From Macrostomum lignano (Eukaryota), in the NCBI GenBank assembly GCA_002269645.1, contig NIVC01001632.1, positions 1 through 64,000 on the forward strand: a stretch of 64,000 nucleotides of DNA, read 5' to 3'. Numbering within the stretch: position 1 is the first letter of the stretch; every line of letters starts with the position of its first letter. The notes under the pieces were generated by a model that worked only from the letters and a program-made list of their open reading frames with translations, was not told the DNA's origin and did no database searches. Both the position numbers and the translations under genes were made by a program. Shown here piece after piece: positions 46,222 to 58,200 of this stretch.

Positions 46222-49200
46222 ATCTCTCTGCCTGTCTTAGTGTCTGCCTGCCTGTCTGTCGGTCTGTCTGTCTGCGTCTGTCTGTCTGTCTGTCTCTGTC
46301 TGCCAGTCGCCCCGACAGGCCAGTGCACCAACAGCCAACTCACCTAGTAATCTGCTCCTTAATCTGTTCATTGTTGCTCTCGCGGAAGAAGAACAGCAAC
46401 ACCTGGTTAAAATAGAAGGTGTGCGAGTTCGGATAGCGCAGCTGATTAGCCATGGCATTGAGCAGCAGGTAGCGACCCTCAGTGCAGCAGAACATGACCA
46501 GAGCCTGCAGCGTCTCCGTGGCAACGCAATGAGTCATATTATAGGGCTGCAAAGAGTTGCCGGTCTCGTTAATACGCTTCACAGCCCTACGGCCGATGTA
46601 CAGCACCAGAGCGTTGACCAGCTGGGTGTTGTACTTGACCAGGCCGCCATCATCCTGCTGTAGGCGGATGCGGCTCTGCAAGTCGGTCAGGAACAGCACC
46701 GGCTTCCTAGTCGCTAGAAAACTGTCAACCTCTTGACGCAGTTGGCTGGGAATGCTGGCCTCCAAGCTGGCGAAGCTGCCCTTCGGCTCCAGCTGCATCT
46801 CTGGCAGGGCGTAGCACTGAGCTGCCGGACTCTGGATCGGGTCCAGCAGTTGCACAGCCTTGGGAAAGGCGGACAGGACCAGGTTGCGCAGCTGGATACA
46901 ATTAGCCGGTATCACGTCGCACAGGGCGTGATGATACTCGCTAACAAAGTCAGGGAAATCGTGTAACAGCACCAGGATCAGGCGTAGGGCACCTCTGTAC
47001 AGGGCCTGCACAGTCTTGATGAAATTAGCCGTGGCCAGGAATGGAGCAATGAATTTAAGCAGGTCGATGAGTAGCTGAGCGTACATTGGCCAAGCGGCCT
47101 GGCTGCAGAGGAACTTCGATAGCATAGTGCGGTGGCAGATGCACTCCAGCTGAGGGTGGCAGGGTTTTTAGTTAATCAATAGTATTTGTTGTACCTGGTG
47201 TCTGACAAGTTCATTGGGATTTTACTTGAAAATGATAGGGACAAACTGTTTGATAATATTGTGACATTAGTGAATCAGACTAGTTTCAGGCGGGTTAGGC
47301 CACTTTCAGGTGAGTCATTTAGGATTCGGGTGAGTCATTTAGGATTCGGGTGAGTCATTTGGGATCCAGATGAGTCATTAGAGATTCAGGTGAGTCATTT
47401 GGGATTCAGGTGAGTCATTTAGGATTCAGGTGAGTCATTTAGGATTCAGGTGAGTCATTTAGGATTTAGATGAGTCATTTGGGATTCAGGTGAGTCATTT
47501 GGGATTCAGGTGAGTCATTTATGGTTTAGATGAGTCATTGGGATTCAGGTGAGTCATTTGGAATCCAGGTGAGTCATTTGGGATTCAGGTGAGTAATTTG
47601 ATATTCAGGCGATTCATTAGAGATTCGGGTGAGTCATTCGAGATTCTGTGAGTAATTTGGGATTCAGGTGAATCATTCTAGGGTCAGATAAGTCATTAGA
47701 GATTGAGGTGAGACATTCGAGATTCGGGTGAGTCATTCGAGATTCAGGTGAGTCATTCGAGATTCAGGTGAGTCATTAGAGATTCAGTTGAGGCATTTGA
47801 GATTCAGGTGAGTCATTAGAGTTTTAGATAAGTCCAATCTTGTCTAAATCCAATTACAATTGGATTCCAATCCTTACCCAGCTGTAGCTAAAGGCGGGCG
47901 CCTTGGCGGGCCGGACAATGTGCAGGGCATTGGCAAAGGCGGCCAGCATTTGATCAGTCAGGCTGGCCAGAGCAGGAGAGATCTGGCCAACAGCCTCGGC
48001 TGGGCAGAGCAGCTCGGAGAATAGCAGTACAAAGATGCGCTGGAACGGCATTGGGTGGAATCTATCCGACCGGATGTCCTGCTCTTGAAGCAGGGTGCCG
48101 GCTATGATGCCGAGGATTTTGTTCAGCAGATTGAGCTTAGTGTTGGCCGCGGCCTCACGATTGGCTTCGCCAGCCTGCTCGCCGCTGTGCTTCACCATCA
48201 CGGCGATGAGGCGGATGTAGGCGTCCAGCTCCTGGTAGCAGCTGATGCGATTGCTCAGCAGCTCCTGGCCGGACTTGAGCAGGGCTCGGAAACAGTGCTC
48301 CATCACGTAGTCGGTTGTTAGGCGGAAAAACCTGCGGTTGGGTTGCGGTGGGTTTAATGACTTTTTGTTGAACCACATTGTCTAGTAGATGATCGACCGA
48401 CTTGTCTACCGATTTGTTTACCGACTTGTCTACCGCATCTACCGACTTATCTACAGACTCGTCTACCGCATCTACCGACTTATCTACAGACTCGTCTACC
48501 GCATCTACCGACTTATCTACAGACTCGTCCACCGACTTGTCTACCGTCCTTTTCTACCGCATCTACCGACTCGTCTTCCAACTTGTCTACCAGATCGTCG
48601 ACCGTCCTGTCTGTCGACCTATCTACCGACTTGTCTACCGACGTTTCTACCCTCCTGTCTACAGACTTTTCTATGCACTTGTTTGCCGCCTTATCTACCG
48701 ACTTGTCTACCAATTTCCCTATCAAGCCTTCACTAACTTGTCTACTTAAACCACTAACTTAGCTAACAAGCCAACCGACTTCTCAACAACTGCACCAGTT
48801 AGCCTACCAAGAAGGCTACTAATTAAGCTACTATCTCTACTAACTTGATATCTCTTAAACTTAAATATCTAAGCAATGGGAATAATAATACATATTTCAC
48901 CTGGTAATAAGATCGTCAGTCTTCAGTATGCCAAGCATAGTCATCTCCTTGACAAATCCGTTAAAACTCCTCTGGTCCACCATACGCTGGGTGGTGCTGT
49001 ACAAGGCGTACCATTTCTTCATGAGGCCCTCGCTGATCTCCTGCAGCCAGGGCGGATCGTCGAACTCCCTAGCCTGAGAGCAGCCGCTGTACAAATACAC
49101 TGTGGCGGGCATCTGGTGAGCCTCTAGCAGGCCGAAATCCAGTAGGCCGCGCATCTGCCGGCACACAACTGCGGCATCCTCAGGCGCTTGGCCAGCGGGC

Positions 49201-52200
49201 GATTTGTCAAGCCACTGAGCCAGCACGGCAATAGTGCCAGTCAGGTCGCACTCGTTCAGCACAGTCTGCTCGCGATTGTCGGACAGCACTAGCGAATGAA
49301 ACAGGTCCAATACGAACCGGACAGCGCGCAGATTGTTATTGCGAACCTGTTTGGCCAGGTGAGAATCGAGCGAGTGCAGACTCACAATGTGTATTTTGAG
49401 CAGTTCAATAAACGCGTCGCTATTCCATTTGTGAGTTTCGTTCAGCTCGGTCCAGATCAGCGTGACCACGTGACTCATGCAGCCGGAGTTGAAGCCGAGT
49501 CCGCTGATCTTCGGCTGGTACATGAGCCGCAGTACAACAGTATGCGCGTCTTTGTACCGCTCCAGCACTTCTCTCGGGTACAAAGACTGCAAAGACTGAC
49601 GCTTGAAAGTCTGGAATAGGGAGACAACGGCGGCTTTGACCAACTCGTGGACGCTGGCATCGTTGCCAGTCTGTCGCGCGGCCTGGGCCCGGTCAATCAG
49701 CACCCGGAGCCGCTGGACTAGTTGGGCGGCGCTATCAGCCGAACCGCCAATAGAAGGCGAGTTGGCGATGTACTGCGACTGGCGCTCCACCTCGGCCGCG
49801 ATCGTGTCGAACAGCTGGGCGGCTTCATTCCGCTGCGGCGGCGGCACCGCCGGCTGCGCGACTGCAGCTGCTGCCGATGTCGCAGTTAAACTACTAGGCG
49901 CCGCGGTTGTTGATGAAGCTGTTGACGAAACAGCGGCGGCAGCGGCGGCGGCAGCCGGAGGCGCCGGCGAAGCAAAGCCTGGCACGCTGTCAGCGTACTC
50001 GGCATAGACTGCTAGGCTGAACGGCGACGGCTGGCCGATGGTCTTGCGCAGCTGGGCAGGCATGGACTCGCCGCTGTGGTAGGCCAACTGCTGGGCGTCG
50101 TAGTAGCGCCGGCCCTCCTGGCGGGCCACAATCCTGCTGCGGTAGTCCATCTCAAGGCTCACGTCTACCTGGGCTAGTGCCTTCTCCACGCACACCTGGG
50201 CGATGGGATAGCGAGCTCGCGTTTACGAGTGAGAATGATTGCGATTGGCATTCTATGCAACAGGCAGCATGAGCTTTGCCTAGCATGCAGCAGGCATCAG
50301 TGATATTCCCTTATCATGAAGGATTCACGCATTCTAAATTCAAGATTCACACATCCAGACGGATTCACGCATCCTGAATCCAAGATTCACACATCCTGAC
50401 TGCAAGAGTCACACATCCTAACTGCAAGATTCACACATCCTGACTGCAAGATTCACACATCCTAACTGCAAGATTCACACATCCTGACTGCAAGATTCAC
50501 TCATCCTGACTGCAAGATTCACACATCCTGACTGCAAGATTCACACATCCAGACTGCAAGATTCACACATCCTGACTGCAAGATTCACACATCCTAACTA
50601 CAAGTTTCACACATCCTGACTGCAAGATTCACACATCCTAACTGCAAGATTCACACATCCAGACTGCAAGATTCACACATCCTAACTGCAAGATTCACAC
50701 ATCCTGACTGCAAGATTCACACATCCAGACTGCAAGATTCACACATCCTGACTGCAAGATTCACACATCCAGACTGCAAGATTCACACATCCAGACTGCA
50801 AGATTCACTCATCCTGACTGCAAGATTCACACATCCTGACTGCAAGATTCACACATCCAGACTGCAAGATTCACACATCCTAACTGCAAGATTCACACAT
50901 CCTGACTGCAAGATTCACACATCCAGACTGCAAGATTCACACATCCTGACTGCAAGATTCACACATCCAGACTGCAAGATTCACACATCCAGACTGCAAG
51001 ATTCACTCATCCTGACTGCAAGATTCACACATCCTGAAGTATTTGAATCCCTGAAATTTTAGCATATTTTGTTTTGAATTAGTAAGTAGCAGCGCTCGCT
51101 ACTCTAAGTAGGGCCATTTTACTCTATAGCAAAACACACCTTCTGAATATAGGCGGTGCCCAATTCCAAATTGTCGCTAGCGATCATTTTAGCGGCCTCG
51201 TCCATCATCTCTTTCTGATGCGGAGTTGGCGAACTAATCACGGCTAAGAATTGCTGCTTTAATTTAGTCTCCATATTGACGCTTAGAGCTTCACGGCAGG
51301 TGATCAGAGCCATGCCGGCGGTGAGAAATCTGGCCATATTGTGCGCGGCGGCTCTCAATCGATTCTCATCGTCGTCCAGAGCAAAATCTTTGCGTACAAT
51401 GCCTTCAACGGTGGCTAGAACAATGCGAACGCAGCGCTGGGCTACGGGTTCTAGCAGGTCGTTGACAGTGTGCTCAAGTGTCTGGCGAGCCTGGCCAGCT
51501 AGCGGCGGCTGGGACTGCAGCAGGTGCAGGCCAGTATTGATGCTGAAGTAAGCGCTCAGTGGCCGGCTGGTGTCAATGTCGGTCCATTTGAACCGAGGAT
51601 ACGGCACCGGCGCAGAGGCAGCTGGCTGCTGCGACGGTCCAGCATTTGACGAAGTGGTCGATGACGGCGTCAGAGCGGCCGCGGCAGTTGACGGTGGCTG
51701 CTGCGGCGGCGGCATCGCGAGCTGCAACTGTTGGTGAAGATGCTGCTGCTGCTGTTGTTGCTGCTGCTGCTGATGCGTCATTGGCGGAGGCATCATCGGA
51801 GGCGGCTGCTGCATCGAGATTGGCGGCAAGCCTGTGCGGACATTTTAATAGTGGTAGAATATCAGTGGCATTTCAATGATTTTTCAAGTGTAACTTCGCG
51901 TTCAGAGTCGAATTACAAGTAGCACAGGCCAAATAGGAAAGAAGTGACTCTAGACCAGGGGTCAGCGAACTCCGGCCCACGGCCCACATGCCGGCCCTCG
52001 GGTACTTTGAAACTTTACAATAGCAATCCGCGGATCTCCTAGGTTTGCTGCTCCCCCCTTTAATGCTTCGTTGTGCTGTTGCCGCCTGCCCGCTTCGCTT
52101 TGTTTGCCTCTTGGCCTGTCCATCCTCATGGTTGAACTGTGACATCTCGTTGTTTTAGAGTCGTTTAGAGACTCTGAAACGAATCTGGGGCGACGCAAGT

Positions 52201-55200
52201 GACTCCGGGACGCTTCTTGGCTTAGATGCCATTTTCATCGGGCAATAAACACTCGGTTTTAGCCTATTGAACTAGAATTGCACTAACTAGCCTACTGAGT
52301 TAGTGGAAAGTTAAGCGCCAGCACAACGATTCTTGGACGACTTTTTCGCGACTCTTTCACGCTTCTACAACTCACGTGACGCGCTTGTGATGCAACAGTC
52401 ACCTCTCCGTCGCATTTGACGCGTTTGAGTCGTTCCTCTTTTCTCCTCTCTAGTCTAGTCTCTTTTCTCCTCTCTAGTCTAGTCTCTTTTCTCCTCTCTA
52501 GTCTAGTCTCTTTTCTCCTCTCTAGTCTAGTTTCTTTTCTCCTCTCTAGTCTAGTCTCTTTTTTCCTCTCTAGTCTAGTCTCTTTTCTCCTCTCTAGTCT
52601 AGTCTCTTTTCTCCTCTCTAGTCTAGTCTCTTTTCTCCTCTCTAGTCTAGTCTCTTTTCTCCTCTCTAGTCTAGTCTCTTTTCTCCTCTCTAGTCTAGTC
52701 TCTTTTCTCCTCTCTAGTCTAGTCTCTTTTCTCCTCTCTAGTCTAGTCTCTTTTCTCCTCTCTAGTCTAGTCTCTTTTCTCCTCTCTAGTCTAGTCTCTT
52801 TTCTCCTCTCTAGTCTAGTCTCTTTTCTCCTCTCTAGTCTAGTCTCTTTTCTCCTCTCTAGTCTAGTCTCTTTTCTCCTCTCTAGTCTAGTCTCTTTTCT
52901 CCTCTCTAGTCTAGTCTCTTTTCTCCTCTCTAGTCTAGTCTCTTTTCTCCTCTCTAGTCTAGTCTCTTTTCTCCTCTCTAGTCTAGTCTCTTTTCTCCTC
53001 TCTAGTCTAGTCTCTCTTCTCCTCTCTAGTCTAGTCTCTTTTCTTCTCTCTAGTCTAGTCTCTTTTCTCCTCTCTAGTCTAGTCTCTTTTCTCCTCTCTA
53101 GTCTAGTCTCTTTTCTCCTCTCCTCTTCTTCTGTCTTTTCTCCTCTCCCTACTCGGTTCCCTCTCATCTCTCCCCTCTGGCCCGCAGTCACACGCTAGGC
53201 TCCCTATCTGGCCTTGAGGTAAAACACAAGTCGTCAAAGAGTCGTATCTGAGTCGCAGTTGAGCCTAAAGCACACATCTGCGTCACTTTATGAATCTGTA
53301 ACAACTTTGAATTGTTTGCAATAATTCTTTAAACTCTTGGGCACGGTCGTCAACGTTTTCAAGGGGCCATTTTGCATGTAACTTTTCAGAATCGGCAGTT
53401 TGGAAACATACCGGAAGTGGATGATGAGACGGCGCTGAAAACCTGCTGCTGATGATGATGACGATTAAAAGCAGCCGAGGAGGCTGAGGGCGCGTCTTGA
53501 AAGCTCAACGGCGGCATTGGAGGCTGGGAATGATGCGGAAAAGTTGCAGGCTCGAATTCCTCAGCCGGTGCGGTCATCTGCAGGCCAGCAGCTACCCGAA
53601 GCTCCGACTGCTCGGTAGGCCTCCCGCCGGCAGTCTGGCTGGAGCGGATCTGGCAGCTCTCCATCTCGATCTGCCTGACCCGTTCGCTGTCCCGCAGATA
53701 ATAAGCCGGCTCCAATTCGTCAAAATTGATGCTCAAATTTCTGCACAAAATTTCCACTTCAAATTTTAACGAATTCTTCACCGCCTTGTCCATGTGCAGC
53801 TCTTTCAATACGCGAATGATGCCCATTGTCCAGGGATTTGGAGGCCGGAACACGGTGCTAGCGTTGCAAGCCTCCAGGGTACGAGAGACAAAGGGTACAG
53901 CGTAGTGCATCTCTACCTGACCTTTGCAGTAGGCCTCCAATAGCAGGCCTTTCAAATTCATGTCTTCGTATAGTATAGGCCGGTTCTTAGCCAGCGTGAG
54001 CAGTCCGAGAAAGCGGCCAATATTTTTGAGCAGAGCCCTGTCATTATAATCGTTCAGATCCGGTCGCATATTGAGCAGCAGTGCTCTAATACTGCGAAAC
54101 GTTTGCTGCAGTACAACTTCTTTTAATTTAGGCACATTCAAAGCGTCCATCAAGTCAATGTAGAGCTGGTGAAAGTTTGGCTCTGTGGTAACCCGCTTCA
54201 TCACTAGGTACTGCCCCAGCCAGGGTATGTAATCCTCTGGCACAGCTCGGAGCAGCTCTTCCGCTTTTGTGCCAATATTAATCTTGCTCAAATTGTTAAA
54301 GATGAAGAATACAGCATCCTGTACAGACTCGGGAGGGCTAACTGGCTCCTCAACGACTGTCGAGTCTGGAGCTGAATCGCCAGATCTGCCTTGCTGATCA
54401 TCGGAGCGACCGGCTGTGACCAGCGACCCGGCACCGGCCTCCGTGTTGCTGGCACCGTTCGCAGCAATTTGAATTGCAATCTGCAGATCCTTGGGGAACT
54501 TGGCGAAATTGGAGCAGGACAGCAGGTGGCTGGCTACCTGGCGGTAATCCGATAGGCTGGGCTTGCACCTGTGCAGGGCGGGTTGGAGTTATGAATGCGG
54601 TGGATGTGGGATTATATGAATATCGGATTAAATGAGTCTGGGATAAGGGATTATATGAATGAGATATGAGATAACGAACACAAATTGGATTATGAGCACA
54701 CGGAGATGGGATCATGAGCACACGGAGATGGGATCATGAGCACACGGAGATGGGATCATGAGCACACGGAGATGGGATCATGAGCACACGGAGATGGGAT
54801 CATGAGCACACGGAGATAGGATCATGAGCACACGGAGATGGGATCATGAACACACGGAGATGGGATCATGAGCACACTGAGATGGGATCATGAGCACACG
54901 GAGATGGGATCATGAGCACACGGAGATAGGATCATGAGCACACGGAGATGGGATCACGAGCACACGGATGTGGGGATCATGAACACACTGAGATGGGATC
55001 ATGAACACACGGAGATGGGATCATGAGCACACGGATGTGGGGATCATGAACACACGGAGATGGGATCATGAGCACACGGATGTGGGGATCATGAACACAC
55101 TGAGATGGGATCATGAGCACACGGAGATGGGATCATGAGCACACGGAGATGGGATCATGAGCACACGGAGATGGAGGACCATAATAAACAACTCTGCTAC

Positions 55201-58200
55201 ATAAAAACAGTTATAAACTCACTTATTAAGAATATCCAGGCCAAAGGTGAAGAAAGTCTGATCAGACTCGGTCTCAATCGGCCTAGTGAGGCAGAAGTTC
55301 AGCAGGCGCAGGAAATAGGTCAGCACGCTGTGCGAAGCCAATTGAAATCGCAGAGCAATCACATGACCAAACAGTTCGGCCATAATGGAGCGCTGCTTAG
55401 GCGGGAAACTAGTTGGAATGTGGACAAACTCGTCAGCCAATACTCTGAGAAAATAATTGCACAGTTGTTTCTCGTTAGGATCGCGAAGCACGGCGAACAC
55501 TTCATCCGAGGTGATTGCGCTGCTAAATAGACTTTTCATGATTAGATTGACTCGCTCGTCTAGTTCAGCAGATGGCGGCTGGGTCAGCAGCTCCGGGGGC
55601 ATCGCTAGGCCCAGCATCGGGCTGCGATAATGCGACGGCGCACTGCCAGGAGGTCCCGGAGGCGGAGGCGGCGGCATGCCCATGTGACCGGGTGGAGGAG
55701 CCAGGTGCGGCGGCGGCGGCGTCGGATGACCCGTTCCGGGATGCGGCGATCCGATGGGTGGCGGCATCACCGACATTGATGGCGGCGGCAGCTTGTGCTT
55801 CGGTGTCAATTGCTGGGGCGGCAGCAGGCCGGCCAGGGGATTGGCGCCGGGTTTCAGCATGGAAGCGGACGGAACCGGAGAGAGAGGCATGTCTGAAATT
55901 GATTTTTTAAAAATCGGATCAAAGCTTGAGCCTCGCGCGAGAGACTGCCGTTGGATGTTTTAGCAATGATAAACACCCGTTTCTTCAGGCAGCGCTACGG
56001 TCACCCTTGAGACACCGCTACGGTCACCCTTCAGACAACGCTACGGTCACCCTTCAGACAACGCTACGGACACACTTCAGACACCGCTACGGTCACCCTT
56101 GAGACACCGCTACGGTCACCCTTCAGACACCGCTACGGACACACTTCAGACACCACTACGGTCACACTTCAGACACCGCTACGGTCACCCTTCAGACACC
56201 GCTACGGTCACCCTTCAGACACCGCTACGGTCACCCTTGAGACACCGCTACGGTCACCCTTCAGACACCGCTACGGACACACTTCAGACACCACTACGGT
56301 CACACTTCAGACACCGCTACGGTCACCCTTCAGACACCGCTACGGTCACACTTCAGACACCACTACGGTCACACTTCAGACACCGCTACGGTCACCCTTC
56401 AGACACCACTACGGTCACCCTTCAGACACCACTACGGTCACACTTCAGACACCGCTACGGTCACACTTCAGACACTGCTACGTTCATCTCAGTGGCGTTA
56501 AAAACTAATAGCCACTTACTAGACATCTGTGAGCTGAATGCGGTTTGCAAGCCACTAGAGAATGATCCGCCCACAACCGATTGCGGAGGCGGCCCCGGCA
56601 GCTTGCTAAACGCAGACGGTGGAGGCGGTGGCGGCGGCGGTGGCGGAGGCGGCGGCGGAGGCATCAAATTGGACGCAGTCAGATGATCTCCGCCGCTATG
56701 CTGACGTTGCATAATTTGATGAGGCGGCAGGGTCTGAGATCGGCCATGCAAATTTCGATTAAAATTGAGTAGCAGAGTTGCCACATCGGCTGTGGTTTCT
56801 GGCAGCAGCGAGCTGCCCGGCTGCGGTGCGCGACGCTCGAGGCAGCGGAGTATGGTCTGGACTGCGGCCTTGTCCAGGTACTGGAGCGGGAACGGGCGGC
56901 ATTTTAGTGTTTAATTGGAAATCTAAGGATTTAGTGTTTATATGGGAGACTCTTTAGTGTGTTTTTAGGAGATTCTTTAGTGTGTTTATGGGAGATTATT
57001 TAGTGTGTTTATGGGAGATTCTTTAGTGTGTTTATGGGAGATTCTTTAGTGTGTTTATGGGAGATTCTTTAGTGTGTTGATGGGAGATTCTTCAGGGTGT
57101 TTATGGAAGATTATTTAAGATGCTTATGGGAGATTCTTCAAGGCGTTTATAGGAGATTATTTAGGATGCTTATGGTATGGGAGATTATTTAAGGTGTTTA
57201 TGGGAGATTATTCAGGGTGTTGATTCGATATTCTTTATTGTGCTTATGGGATATCATTTAGAGTGGAGAAATTTTTAGGATGTTTATAGGAGATTATTTT
57301 GAGTATTTATGGAAGATTCTTAAGGGTGTTTATCGGAGATTACTTTGGGTGTTGATGAGATTATTTAGGGTGGTTTTGGGAGATTGTTTGATGTGTTAAT
57401 GGCAGACTCTTCAGAATGGTTTATGGGAGATTCGCCAAACTTCAGGGTGTTTATGGGATATTTAAGGTGTCTATGGGACACTATTTTGGGTGTTTATGTG
57501 AGATTTTTTAGGTTGTTTATGCGAGATTCTTCATTATGTTTATAAGAGATTGTTTGATGTGTTTATAAGAGATAATTTAGGATGTTTATGGGAGATTCTT
57601 TGGGGTGTTTATGAGATTCTTTGGGATTGTTTAGTCTGTTGAAGGACATTTTCGGTTACTTATTTACTGTCTTATTTCAGCGATTTTCAATTCATAATTT
57701 GTGCTCATAAACAATATTTTAATAACAACAATGAAAAAATCATTTACCTGAGCTACAGGCTTCTGGAGCACCTCTAATGGCGCCTCCTCCCCAGCAACCA
57801 GCGAGGCCGCTCGAGTAGTCAAAAACTTCACGGCCGCTTGAACGAATCCGTCGCCGCATTCCCCCAAGCGTTCGTTAATCCAGACTTCCAAATTTAGAAA
57901 GTCCCGCTTAGCCGCAAAACAGGCCATGCTCAAAGCGAACAAATAATTCGACGATTTCAAAGCCATAGCCAGACCCTCCATATTGCTGCTTTGCAGATAA
58001 TTAACTATCAATTCTAAAGCTTTAGCAACCCGAATCAATTCCAATTTGTCGTCGCTATCTTGGCTACCGTTGTGCACTGTCCAATCAGCTAGGGCCGCCA
58101 GCAGTACAGGCCTTACAGGAGGGTAATTCCAGGCATGGCCCAGCACCGAGTGCACGTTCTGACTGTTGCTAAGCAACAGACAGGTGAGCAGCTGGAGTAG

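Noticed and set aside
884-57620. Apparent enrichment of GANTC in unrelated satellite units (about 10-13 of some 35 arrays)
   Set aside because: Excess is modest and partly explained by related units; significance needs a composition-matched genome-wide test that I cannot run.
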